A stretch of 50,023 bases of DNA, taken from the NCBI GenBank assembly GCA_003650815.1, contig QMSB01000003.1:1-50023 (forward strand), in the 5' to 3' direction. The translations under genes were made by a program, and so were the position numbers. The notes under the pieces were generated by a model that worked only from the letters and a program-made list of their open reading frames with translations, was not told the DNA's origin and ran no database searches. The DNA is from Thermoprotei archaeon. GTDB taxonomy: Archaea; Thermoproteota; Thermoprotei; Thermofilales; B15-G2. Shown here piece after piece: positions 1 to 8,261 of this stretch (its first letter is position 1; each line of letters starts with the position of its first letter).

Positions 1-39
1 ACATATATCACCTATTATCTACATAATAAATGTATTAAG

Positions 40-387
40 CTAACTTTTTCCTCTTTTGCTTAGAACACTCAGCCAAGGATTATTCTGCAGAAAGGATGGA
101 AGGTCTCCTGATGTAAAAGTGACTGTACCGAAGTCCTCCTCTTTTTCGCCCACTATTCGTGTTTCGCTACAGGATATTTTTTCTAGAAGATATTTTATTT
201 CGCCTATCTCATTCGATAAATCCCTTAACTGTTTTTCTATCTCCTGTAATCTTTTTAAGACTACATTAGCTTTAACTACAATAACCATGCTTCCATGCTT
301 CCTAGCAATATGTCCAGCTAGAGACTCTCTCTTAGAGAAAGTTTTTCCACATATCGGACATACATATAGTTCACTAATCACTGTCAC
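40..387 (-). CDS. C2H2 zinc-finger + coiled-coil protein
   Basis: CPICGKTFSKRESLAGHIARKH is a classical C2H2 finger, followed by a heptad-rich segment (LKRLQEIEKQLRDLSNEIGEIKYLLEKI). Last gene of the minus-strand operon. Confidence 0.8.
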   Translation of the reverse strand: MTVISELYVCPICGKTFSKRESLAGHIARKHGSMVIVVKANVVLKRLQEIEKQLRDLSNEIGEIKYLLEKISCSETRIVGEKEEDFGTVTFTSGDLPSFLQNNPWLSVLSKRGKS

Positions 388-697
388 TCTTGCTCACCAT
401 TGAGTAAAGTATCACAGCTCCAACATGCGTACACATACTCTTTCTTCTTCTGCCAGAGTAATGCCTTTCAAGAGACTGACATGAACATCTAAATTTTCCT
501 CTATTTTCGTCATACACTACTATGTACATCGAGTACCAGTCTCCGAGACTAGCTCTCCCCCTCACTATCCACATAGTCTTTGATACCTCGACTACATCTC
601 TGAGCCTTCTTTTACATCGCTTAATAAAGCTAAGACTTTTCCCCTCTTTTATCATTTTATCTTCAAATTCTTTAATAGGGTCTTTAGGCTTAGACAT
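374..697 (-). CDS. Stand-alone SWIM zinc-finger protein
   Basis: WIVRG...YIVVY...CSC-x16-CTHVGAV matches the SWIM motif CxC-xn-CxHxxA. Overlaps the end of the radA-like gene by 8 nt. Confidence 0.85.
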   Translation of the reverse strand: MSKPKDPIKEFEDKMIKEGKSLSFIKRCKRRLRDVVEVSKTMWIVRGRASLGDWYSMYIVVYDENRGKFRCSCQSLERHYSGRRRKSMCTHVGAVILYSMVSKSDSD

Positions 698-1631
698 CTT
701 CTACTCCTCTCTCTGTTATCTTAAAGACCGCACTAGCTTTGTAGGGGAGTCTTGGAGAGTCCAATACCTCCATTATTCTCGTAGAGTCTTTACTCCTCTT
801 GAGGAGAAGCCTATGTGTACACGCATGCGCCATTATCATTCCTCCAGCAGGTCTCTTTGTTTCACCGTAGGATAACGGGACTTCAAGCACTTGATTTGTC
901 ACAACAACGTATACTCCGTAAATTTTGGCTATTCTAAGCAGCCAGTCTAAGACATAGTTTAGTCTCTGCTGCCTTGCAGCTAGCATTTCTCTTCCTTTAA
1001 ACTCAGCCCTGTATAGAGAGATTATGCTATCTACAAGAATTAGTCTCACATTCTTTTCTTCAATTAGTTTAATTGCATCTAGTTTTATTGAATCCTCTAG
1101 GTCTGCGACGTTAATCACCTTTATTACATTAATATTTTCTAATGCATGTGAAGGATCTAAGTTGAATCTTAAGCAAATTGCAGACACTCTGTTTGGAGAA
1201 AATGCTTCCTCAGTATCTATGTACAAACAAGCGCCCCCGACACCTCCCCTGTTTCTCGATAGTTGAACAGTGACTGAGAGTTGGTGACATATCTGCGTCT
1301 TTCCGCTACCGAACTCTCCCGCCAGCTCATATATCACCCTAGGCTCTATTCCTCCTTCTAAGAGCTCATCAATAGCTTTTACTCCAGTCGTAAGTCTAGG
1401 ATGATCTTTCATTTTTTCAGCGTAATCTTTCGCTGTAGTGCATATTCTAGTTCTAACAAGTCTTCGAGCTGCTCTAGTTATTCTTTCAGCACGATCAGGA
1501 GTGAGCTCTACTAGCTCAATCAGCTCCTCTGGATTAAATAGAGCTAGGTGCCTCGGACTCATAATACCTTTGCTAGAAAGTAATTTTGCTGTTTTAGGTC
1601 CCACTCCTGGCACTTCTTCGAGACACTTCAT
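690..1631 (-). CDS. radA: RadA/Rad51-family recombinase, divergent and probably a paralog
   Basis: N-terminal HhH (VPGVGPKTA), Walker A GEFGSGKTQ, YIDTEE, Walker B ILVDS, RQQRL and TNQV. The ATG at 1631 overlaps the upstream stop (ATGA); the ORF track start is GTG 1640. Confidence 0.9.
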   Translation of the reverse strand: MKCLEEVPGVGPKTAKLLSSKGIMSPRHLALFNPEELIELVELTPDRAERITRAARRLVRTRICTTAKDYAEKMKDHPRLTTGVKAIDELLEGGIEPRVIYELAGEFGSGKTQICHQLSVTVQLSRNRGGVGGACLYIDTEEAFSPNRVSAICLRFNLDPSHALENINVIKVINVADLEDSIKLDAIKLIEEKNVRLILVDSIISLYRAEFKGREMLAARQQRLNYVLDWLLRIAKIYGVYVVVTNQVLEVPLSYGETKRPAGGMIMAHACTHRLLLKRSKDSTRIMEVLDSPRLPYKASAVFKITERGVEDV

Positions 1632-1954
1632 TGAGACCACCTCTCAGCTATTCTTTCTTTAATCGAGATGAGGAGATTGATGACCTCTTCCAAGTCAGAT
1701 AACGCATCGCGATCTTCCTCCATGGCTACAAGCGCTTTCAGAGCAGAAATTATCTTTCTGTAGTCACTCAAAGTATACCATTCTTCTAGAATCAGTCTAT
1801 AATCACCTCTCTTCCCTCTAAGAAGTACTTTCTCAACTATCATAGGTCCAGACCTCGTGTGTACAAGCTTTACTCTCGCGAGTAGCACCCCCTTATTAGG
1901 TACTACTTTTATAGCCCATTCTACTTCTCGATTAGTTTTCCAAGTAACTCTCAT
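1628..1954 (-). CDS. Hypothetical protein (beta-rich N-terminus, helical C-terminus)
   Basis: 108-aa ORF coupled by ATGA overlaps on both sides within the operon. Confidence 0.7.
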   Translation of the reverse strand: MRVTWKTNREVEWAIKVVPNKGVLLARVKLVHTRSGPMIVEKVLLRGKRGDYRLILEEWYTLSDYRKIISALKALVAMEEDRDALSDLEEVINLLISIKERIAERWSQ

Positions 1955-2832
1955 TTTCTCACAACTCTCTCAGCTATAAGAAAACCTTTCCTCGTTAGAG
2001 ATAGTACTGCCCTACCGTTTGGCAGAATTCTCTCAGTGATAAGACCGTAACTAATGAGCTTCGTAGTTATTCTCCTTACTAAGAGCTCGTCAACCTTCTT
2101 ATCTATAACAAGCGCGTCTATCAACGCTCTATCCACGAGACTTCCTTCGCTTAGCAACGCCAGTACTGTTTTCGCAATTTCTCCCTCAACTTTCTCGGGG
2201 AAAATTTTATCTACTAGAGTGACTGGCCCCTTAATTGGTACTTGAGGCTCTATATACTCGTATACTTCTTCTTCAGACACCTTTAGCACTCTCTCCGCTA
2301 GACTAGCTAAGAGCGGTGGAACAACTTTAGTCGAGGGATAGACTAAAACTGCTCTCTCAAATGGATATAAGCAGACGATCATTAGTGGTGTTAGCATTCT
2401 CTTACTAGGAGTAGCTAGATAAGCGTCGCATACAGTTACCTCGTTGACTCTATCTCTCAGAGACATTAAGCCAAAGACGTATGATAGGTAGCTGTAGGGC
2501 GGAGCGTATCCAGTAAAAATACTTGTAGAGTCAGCATACTCTGAGAATAGCCTACGGATTGACCAGAAGACTTGAGATATCTCTAGCGGCAGTCTCTCTA
2601 CCACTGTATCGACATCAAGATATTTCCATCCTTCTTCAACAAGCTCCTCGAGGATGTTCTGTAGCTCTATGGCCAGCTTAAAGGGCATAGAGAAAGCCTG
2701 AGCTATAGCCTGAGAGAGTATTACTGCTCGATAGTAGTCTAAAGGTATCTTCCACGGCGGCGGAGACTCACCATATACGCTGAGCGAGTTCTCGGGCGAG
2801 TAATATCTTTTAGCTATTATGACCTCTATCAT
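1951..2832 (-). CDS. Hypothetical protein, possibly an inactivated HerA/VirB4-like P-loop fold with a C-terminal winged helix
   Basis: No Walker A. Degenerate Walker-B-like VTVCDAY, then VVPPLLASLAERVL. The C-terminus LISYGLITERILPNGRAVLSLTRKG is wHTH-like. ATG 2832 overlaps the upstream stop. Confidence 0.6.
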   Translation of the reverse strand: MIEVIIAKRYYSPENSLSVYGESPPPWKIPLDYYRAVILSQAIAQAFSMPFKLAIELQNILEELVEEGWKYLDVDTVVERLPLEISQVFWSIRRLFSEYADSTSIFTGYAPPYSYLSYVFGLMSLRDRVNEVTVCDAYLATPSKRMLTPLMIVCLYPFERAVLVYPSTKVVPPLLASLAERVLKVSEEEVYEYIEPQVPIKGPVTLVDKIFPEKVEGEIAKTVLALLSEGSLVDRALIDALVIDKKVDELLVRRITTKLISYGLITERILPNGRAVLSLTRKGFLIAERVVRK

Positions 2833-3401
2833 AGCTTTACCCCGTCTAAGCTTGCTGGGAGACAAGATAGTTCATATGATTCTGCATACTCGCTTAATAC
2901 AGCTAAACGTGCCGCTAATCCTCCAGCGAGCTCTTCAAGAACCTCGTGTGAGAGTCTTATAGCCCTGATTGAGTACTTAACTAAGAGAATAGCCGAATCT
3001 CCCTCACATATACAAACAGAGTCTATGTTCAATTTATTAAAGGCTTGTATTACTTTAGGGAAGTCTTTTCTGCTAATTTTTATAGGCATATAGCCAACGA
3101 CTTTCAGAGGCTTTAGTACAACTATAATATTTTTTGTAGGATATAAGTAGAGCTCGTTTACTACTACTTTGCGGCATAAGTAGCTACTAGAGTCCCCCTT
3201 AAGTATCTTAGTCAGTAACTTATCTCTGCTATCATCTATCTCTTTGCTAAATAAGATCCTTTTAGTAACATAATATATTGCAATACAGACTACTACTGTT
3301 ATGATAATTGACTGTGATAAAGCTAAGAGTATTAATGCGAGTACGGGGAGCGCTATTTTCTTCAAACCTCTCTTAAATAGGTCTTTACCGAACATTTTCA
3401 T
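2829..3401 (-). CDS. Membrane protein (N-terminal hydrophobic hairpin + soluble domain)
   Basis: Hydrophobic stretch IALPVLALILLALSQSIIITVVVCIAIYYV. Likely start ATG 3401 with a TATA-like element 25-30 nt upstream; the ORF track extends to 3443. Confidence 0.7.
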   Translation of the reverse strand: MKMFGKDLFKRGLKKIALPVLALILLALSQSIIITVVVCIAIYYVTKRILFSKEIDDSRDKLLTKILKGDSSSYLCRKVVVNELYLYPTKNIIVVLKPLKVVGYMPIKISRKDFPKVIQAFNKLNIDSVCICEGDSAILLVKYSIRAIRLSHEVLEELAGGLAARLAVLSEYAESYELSCLPASLDGVKL

Positions 3402-3437
3402 CAATTCTTTTAAAGCTCTTTTATTTATTAATGTTTG

Positions 3438-3469
3438 TTGCATAAAGACGAAATTGCGTCATAATGCAA
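3438..3469. promoter_or_regulatory. Imperfect 32-bp palindrome, candidate operator
   Basis: TTGCAT-aaa-GACG-aaattg-CGTC-ata-ATGCAA in the divergent promoter region. Confidence 0.4.
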
Positions 3470-3529
3470 TGTTGTGTAGTCAAGCAACGTTTAGTTTATA
3501 AAGGACTATACACAATTAACTAATTTAAG

Positions 3530-4510
3530 ATGAGAGAATACGAAGATTTTCATAAACTTATAGGCGATTTAAGAGATGGAAGGATATTTGGCTCGACTGA
3601 AGCCGCTGAGAAAGCCCTTACTTTTATTAAGGAGCAAGTCGGTCTCTGTAGCTCTCTAAACGAGATAAAGAATACTCTCATAGAGTATGTACCACCTCTC
3701 GTTAAAGCTAGGCCTACTTCTGCATTAACTGTTAACTGTCTTAGGGAAATTGTTGAACTGACTATTGACTGCATTAAAAGAAAGATGGATGCTCAAAAAG
3801 TTAAGGAAAACATATGCAGTAAAATAGATGAAATGCTACGAAAAGCTCATGAGAGTGTAAAGATGATAGCTGGAATAGGAGCCAAGAGAATTAAAGACGG
3901 AGATACTATTTTAACTAATACCTACAGTTACACTGTTTTAAACGTCTTAGAGAAGGCTCGAGATGAAGGAAAGAAAATCTCGATATTTATCCCCGAGTCT
4001 AGGCCGGGTGGAGAAGGTATAGACATGGCTGTAGAGCTTTACAAGAGAGGATTTCCTGTAACGCTCTTCGTAGACTCGGCTGTGAGGTATATGATGAAAG
4101 AAGTGGATTTAGTGCTAATAGGAGCTGAGGCTATAGCCGCTAATGGTGCTGTTGTTAATAAGATTGGTACTTCTATGATTGCTCTTGCAGCACATGAAGC
4201 AAGAGTAAGAGTATTCGTAGCTGCTGGAACATATAAGTTTAGTTTAGAAACATTTCTTGGCGAAATAGTTGAACTGACGTACCGCAGGCCTGAAGTACTT
4301 CTATCTTCTCATGAGCTAAGAGCCTTAGGAAACGTTAAGGTATTATGTCCTGCTTTTGATGTGACTCCCCCAGAATACATAGATGCGATAATAACTGAGA
4401 GAGGAGTGTTCGCTCCTCAAGCAGTTCCTTTGATAGTTAGAGAGATCTTCGGGTGGCCTCCTTTAGTTAAGGATATTAGTGTGCTCATAGAAGAGCTAAA
4501 GAGGTGTTAG
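3530..4510 (+). CDS. eIF-2B/ribose-1,5-bisphosphate isomerase family paralog, catalytic residues substituted
   Basis: RPTS, ESRP, NKIGTS and FDVTPPEYIDAIITE are present, but TNTYS and GAE replace THCNS and GAD. Confidence 0.85.
   Translation: MREYEDFHKLIGDLRDGRIFGSTEAAEKALTFIKEQVGLCSSLNEIKNTLIEYVPPLVKARPTSALTVNCLREIVELTIDCIKRKMDAQKVKENICSKIDEMLRKAHESVKMIAGIGAKRIKDGDTILTNTYSYTVLNVLEKARDEGKKISIFIPESRPGGEGIDMAVELYKRGFPVTLFVDSAVRYMMKEVDLVLIGAEAIAANGAVVNKIGTSMIALAAHEARVRVFVAAGTYKFSLETFLGEIVELTYRRPEVLLSSHELRALGNVKVLCPAFDVTPPEYIDAIITERGVFAPQAVPLIVREIFGWPPLVKDISVLIEELKRC
4134..4226 (+). repeat. 93-bp exact direct repeat, copy 1 (copy 2 at 5125-5217)
   Basis: tagccgctaatggtgct...gtattcgtagctgctg is identical in both paralogs; offset 991 bp. 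Confidence 0.9.
4348..4400 (+). repeat. 53-bp exact direct repeat, copy 1 (copy 2 at 5339-5391)
   Basis: tcctgcttttgatgtgactcccccagaatacatagatgcgataataactgaga is identical in both paralogs; offset 991 bp. Confidence 0.9.
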
Positions 4511-4511
4511 A

Positions 4512-5504
4512 GTGAACTACAAACTTCCAAAGGAAGTTCTTGAGATAGCTGAAGGCATAAGATCTATGAAAATAAGGGGTGCAGGAAGAATAGCTAGAGC
4601 AGCAGTGAAAGCGCTGAAAATAGCGGCTCTTGGCTACCGCGGGTCTAATGTGAAAGACTTCTACGACTACATGATGTATGCTTCTAAGCTTCTTCTGGCT
4701 ACGCGTCCCACGGCTGTCTCATTACCTAATGCCGTAGCGTATGTAATGTCTAGGCTCTCTAGGAACATAGAGGCTTTCTCGCTGAACGAGGCAGTAGATA
4801 GTGTTGTCAAATGGTCAGATGAGTTTATTGAATACTCGCTTAAGGCTACTCAGCTTATAGGAGAAATAGGAGAAGGTAGGATAAAGTCAGGAAACATTGT
4901 CCTCACTCACTGTAACAGCTCAGCAGCACTCTCTGTCATAATAACGGCACACAGAAAAGGGAAAGACATCAGAGTTTACGCGTGTGAAACTAGACCTAAG
5001 TTTCAGGGCAAGATCACAGCAAAGACTTTAGCCAAAGAAGGCATAGACGTAACCCTCATTCCAGACTCTGCTGTCCGCTTCTTTATGAAGGACGTAGATT
5101 TAGTGATAGTAGGTGCAGATACAGTAGCCGCTAATGGTGCTGTTGTTAATAAGATTGGTACTTCTATGATTGCTCTTGCAGCACATGAAGCAAGAGTAAG
5201 AGTATTCGTAGCTGCTGAAACTTATAAGTTTAGTCCAGCTACAGTTATCGGCGAGCTAGTCACTATAGAGGAGAGACCTCCTACCGAAGTTGTCGACAAA
5301 GATTTCTTAAGAAGATATCCTGGGATAAAGGTTAGGAATCCTGCTTTTGATGTGACTCCCCCAGAATACATAGATGCGATAATAACTGAGAAAGGCGTTA
5401 TCTCGCCTCATGCTGCCATACTAGTTTTGAGAGAAGAGTTCGCCTGGACACTTGAGGAGAGAATGAAGAAGTTGAAATTGACTCTAAACTATGAAATTGA
5501 GTAG
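4512..5504 (+). CDS. Ribose-1,5-bisphosphate isomerase
   Basis: IRGAGRIA, RPTAVSL, THCNS (catalytic Cys), ETRP, GAD (catalytic Asp), NKIGT, NPAFDVTP. Confidence 0.9.
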   Translation: MNYKLPKEVLEIAEGIRSMKIRGAGRIARAAVKALKIAALGYRGSNVKDFYDYMMYASKLLLATRPTAVSLPNAVAYVMSRLSRNIEAFSLNEAVDSVVKWSDEFIEYSLKATQLIGEIGEGRIKSGNIVLTHCNSSAALSVIITAHRKGKDIRVYACETRPKFQGKITAKTLAKEGIDVTLIPDSAVRFFMKDVDLVIVGADTVAANGAVVNKIGTSMIALAAHEARVRVFVAAETYKFSPATVIGELVTIEERPPTEVVDKDFLRRYPGIKVRNPAFDVTPPEYIDAIITEKGVISPHAAILVLREEFAWTLEERMKKLKLTLNYEIE

Positions 5505-6780
5505 TCTTGAAGATAAGCTAGACTTCAGAGTAGCTGCGCTGACTATAGAGATAATTTACCGCAGAAAGCTCGGATTTGATAAAAGCTTTTTAGAAGCCTG
5601 CAAGAAAGCTGGGGTTCGTGGCAGACCATCAGCGTACGACATAGCTTATAGATCTCTTCTCTCATCTTATTTAGCTGAAAAAGTTCTTGTTGATAACAAG
5701 TTAGGGACTCTGCCCCTACGAAGAAAGTCTGCGTTTATAGTAGCATTTAGGCTCATAGTTGTGGAAAAAATTAGGTGTTCTCCCTTCATTTTCGGAGGTC
5801 TTATTCCGGGTAGACTTCAGAAGATACTCCACTCCCTGAGGAAAGCATATGTTGAAGAAATCGCTGAATCGGATAATCCTATTGAGAAACTCTCACTTAT
5901 ATACTCTCATCCAAAGTGGCTTGTAGAAAAATTAGTTAAAAATCTAGGGCTCCGCGAGACTGAGCGAATCCTCAAGTCGAATGAAACTGAGGTGATGTGG
6001 CTTAGGGTAAATACTCTGAAAACATCGCTAGAAAACGCACGCAGAAGACTAGAAAAGGAAGGAGTATGTGTTGCAGAAGATAGAGAATACCCTATACTTC
6101 TGCGGGTTATTGAAAGCAAGAAGAGTATTGATGATTTAAGGACTGTTAAAAGAGGATATGTAATACCCCAGGATAAAGCCAGCGTCGCAGCAGTCTACGC
6201 GCTTAATCCACGTCCGGGCGAAACTGTTTTAGACGCGTGTGCAGCACCTGGAGTTAAGACAAGCCTGATAGCTCAGCTCATGGAAAATAGGGGGCGCATA
6301 GTCGCCTTAGATATTAGCGACAGTAGACTAGACTCTATGAAGAGTCTTTTAAAAAGACTAGGAGCTCAAGATATTGAAATAATTAGGGCAGACTCTACTA
6401 AGATCGCCTTTAGAAGAAAACTCGATAAAGCGCTAGTAGATGCTCCATGCACTAACAGTGGAGCTATTAGGAAAGACCCAGCTCTAAGAATTACTTTAAG
6501 AAAAGTAAACTTGAATAACTTTACTAGTCTTCAGAAATATCTTCTTTCAAATGCATTAAGATACTCAAATGAAGTTGTTTACGCTACCTGTTCCTTAGCA
6601 CCTGAAGAGGGGGAAGAAGTAGTTGAGAATATGCAAAATAGCTTAGTAGAGCTAAAATATATCGGTGGCACAACTGGCTATAGGAAGTATTCTTCAAGTA
6701 AACTTGTTAGGAGATTCTTTCCCCATATGCACCAGACTATAGGCTTTTTTATAGCGAAGCTCAGAGCTAATACTCGATGA
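5491..6780 (+). CDS. RsmB/NOP2-family RNA m5C methyltransferase
   Basis: YSHPKW, LRVNTLK, QDKAS, DACAAPGVKT, DAPCT, YATCSL. Confidence 0.9.
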   Translation: MKLSSLEDKLDFRVAALTIEIIYRRKLGFDKSFLEACKKAGVRGRPSAYDIAYRSLLSSYLAEKVLVDNKLGTLPLRRKSAFIVAFRLIVVEKIRCSPFIFGGLIPGRLQKILHSLRKAYVEEIAESDNPIEKLSLIYSHPKWLVEKLVKNLGLRETERILKSNETEVMWLRVNTLKTSLENARRRLEKEGVCVAEDREYPILLRVIESKKSIDDLRTVKRGYVIPQDKASVAAVYALNPRPGETVLDACAAPGVKTSLIAQLMENRGRIVALDISDSRLDSMKSLLKRLGAQDIEIIRADSTKIAFRRKLDKALVDAPCTNSGAIRKDPALRITLRKVNLNNFTSLQKYLLSNALRYSNEVVYATCSLAPEEGEEVVENMQNSLVELKYIGGTTGYRKYSSSKLVRRFFPHMHQTIGFFIAKLRANTR

Positions 6781-7087
6781 TAAAGCGAGGCGGTGTTATT
6801 CGCTCGGCCTTGCACTTAGGGCATTTACTGGGTTTATGCGGCTTTGTCAAATTCTTAAAGATGTAGCCACAGTTAGCACAGCGTGGCGGATCCATGTAAA
6901 GTACTCCTCCTTTACGCCTTATGGTTTTGGCTATATGTCTTAGGTCCTCGTAGATCGTTTTAGCTTCCCTAGGGTCATAGATCCCTATGGCAGCTGCTAT
7001 TTCGTATACGCTTAGCGGTCTTGAAGTTCCAGATAGCACTTTAATTATTTTCTCTCGTCTACTTTCTTCTAGACTCACTTTTATCAA
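6767..7087 (-). CDS. HTH + Zn-ribbon transcriptional regulator
   Basis: SRREKII...YEDLRHIAKT HTH, plus PPRCANCGYIF...PSKCPKCKAERI. Confidence 0.85.
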   Translation of the reverse strand: MIKVSLEESRREKIIKVLSGTSRPLSVYEIAAAIGIYDPREAKTIYEDLRHIAKTIRRKGGVLYMDPPRCANCGYIFKNLTKPHKPSKCPKCKAERITPPRFIIEY

Positions 7088-7763
7088 ACTTCTTTAAATT
7101 CTCTACCTTTATAACATTAACTATACAGTCGGGTGGAACATAGTCTGCTAAGTAAACTGTCCTAGACGCCTTAAATATCCTGTATCCTTTTCTCCTTAAC
7201 TTATCGGCGTCTATTATTAAGACCACAGAGGTTCCTCTTTTTCTACGAGCGTTTATCAGAGCGTCTTCTATAGAAGTAGTCATATGCACCTTTAGCCTCT
7301 TCATAGGTTTGAGTCCCTCTTTAAGAATTCTGCTCAATACTTCTCTTGAAGTTCCATGGTAGAGTACAGTGACATTATTGTCTTCTACTAGTCGAATATC
7401 GACCTTTATGCTATGTCCATATCTGGCTCTTATTTTATCTCCCTTTATCTCGAATCTCTGCTTAGGACAGAGTTCTGCTACTGCTCTTACATGCTCTTCG
7501 TGAAGCCATGAATAAAGCTCTCTTCTCGGCCATCTCTCTTTGATTGCTCTGACAAGTGCTGGTATTTTAACGAATCCTTCACTGTCTAGTTTTATACCTA
7601 CGCTGTCAGGTATATGCCTCAAAATAGCTGAAAGAAGCTTACTTAGTCTTAGTCTTCTTTCGCTGTCTAAAATTAGCTTACAGGGTCTTCCGCAGTGAAA
7701 AGAGTCTTCTGTAAACACTCCGCAGACTGAGCACTTATATATGTTTTTAAGTTTTTTATCCAT
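7059..7763 (-). CDS. kptA: RNA 2'-phosphotransferase KptA/Tpt1
   Basis: LSKLLSAILRH, IRARYGHS, LYHGTS, GLKPMKRLKVH; N-terminal Zn-ribbon-like CSVCG...HCG. Confidence 0.95.
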   Translation of the reverse strand: MDKKLKNIYKCSVCGVFTEDSFHCGRPCKLILDSERRLRLSKLLSAILRHIPDSVGIKLDSEGFVKIPALVRAIKERWPRRELYSWLHEEHVRAVAELCPKQRFEIKGDKIRARYGHSIKVDIRLVEDNNVTVLYHGTSREVLSRILKEGLKPMKRLKVHMTTSIEDALINARRKRGTSVVLIIDADKLRRKGYRIFKASRTVYLADYVPPDCIVNVIKVENLKKFDKSESRRK

Positions 7764-7768
7764 TTAGC

Positions 7769-8179
7769 TTATATGGGCGAAGGATATCTTGGAGCTCCTC
7801 TTGAAGTTCTTTCACGTAACGGTAGTCTAAGCATTAGTGGCAATTTTCCCTCCTCTTTAAGCTTCTTTAAGTAATTTCTGTACTCACTGGTGTGTTTTAT
7901 ATCAAATTTTATGAGCTCGTACATTACGTCCCAAAGCTTTGCCCTAAGTTCTTTAAGCATTGGCTCAGGCATAAGATAAAGTACTGTAGGATTTTCAAGC
8001 CATGTATCGAAGTCTCTAATTATGTCATTAATATACCTGCAGGCAACTCTAGTCGCTAACAGCAGAGAGAGCCTGTCGGCTTCTTCGAGCTCTTTCTCCA
8101 TATTTTTAAGTAAATCTAGGTTCTTCTTTTGGGTCTCTATCCAAGAATCCAATCTCGTGAAAATATCTACTAGGCTCAT
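7769..8179 (-). CDS. DUF2153-family conserved crenarchaeal protein
   Basis: ADRLSLL, FDTWLENP, MPEPMLKE, DIKHTS. Confidence 0.8.
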   Translation of the reverse strand: MSLVDIFTRLDSWIETQKKNLDLLKNMEKELEEADRLSLLLATRVACRYINDIIRDFDTWLENPTVLYLMPEPMLKELRAKLWDVMYELIKFDIKHTSEYRNYLKKLKEEGKLPLMLRLPLRERTSRGAPRYPSPI

Positions 8180-8261
8180 AATCTGCGATTATCTCTCGCT
8201 TTGCCTCTATTTAAGTTTTCTACTCAATGTAAAAGATTTTGTGGAAGACCGCAATAATTAA

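Noticed and set aside
56-1662. + strand ORFs (56-403, 522-875, 1024-1266, 1438-1662) and the similar short antisense ORFs throughout the window
   Set aside because: They are shadow frames of well-supported genes on the opposite strand, with Ser/Leu/Phe-rich composition.
3530-4510. Pseudogene of R15P isomerase
   Set aside because: The ORF is full length and intact with conserved structural motifs; a non-catalytic subunit is more plausible.
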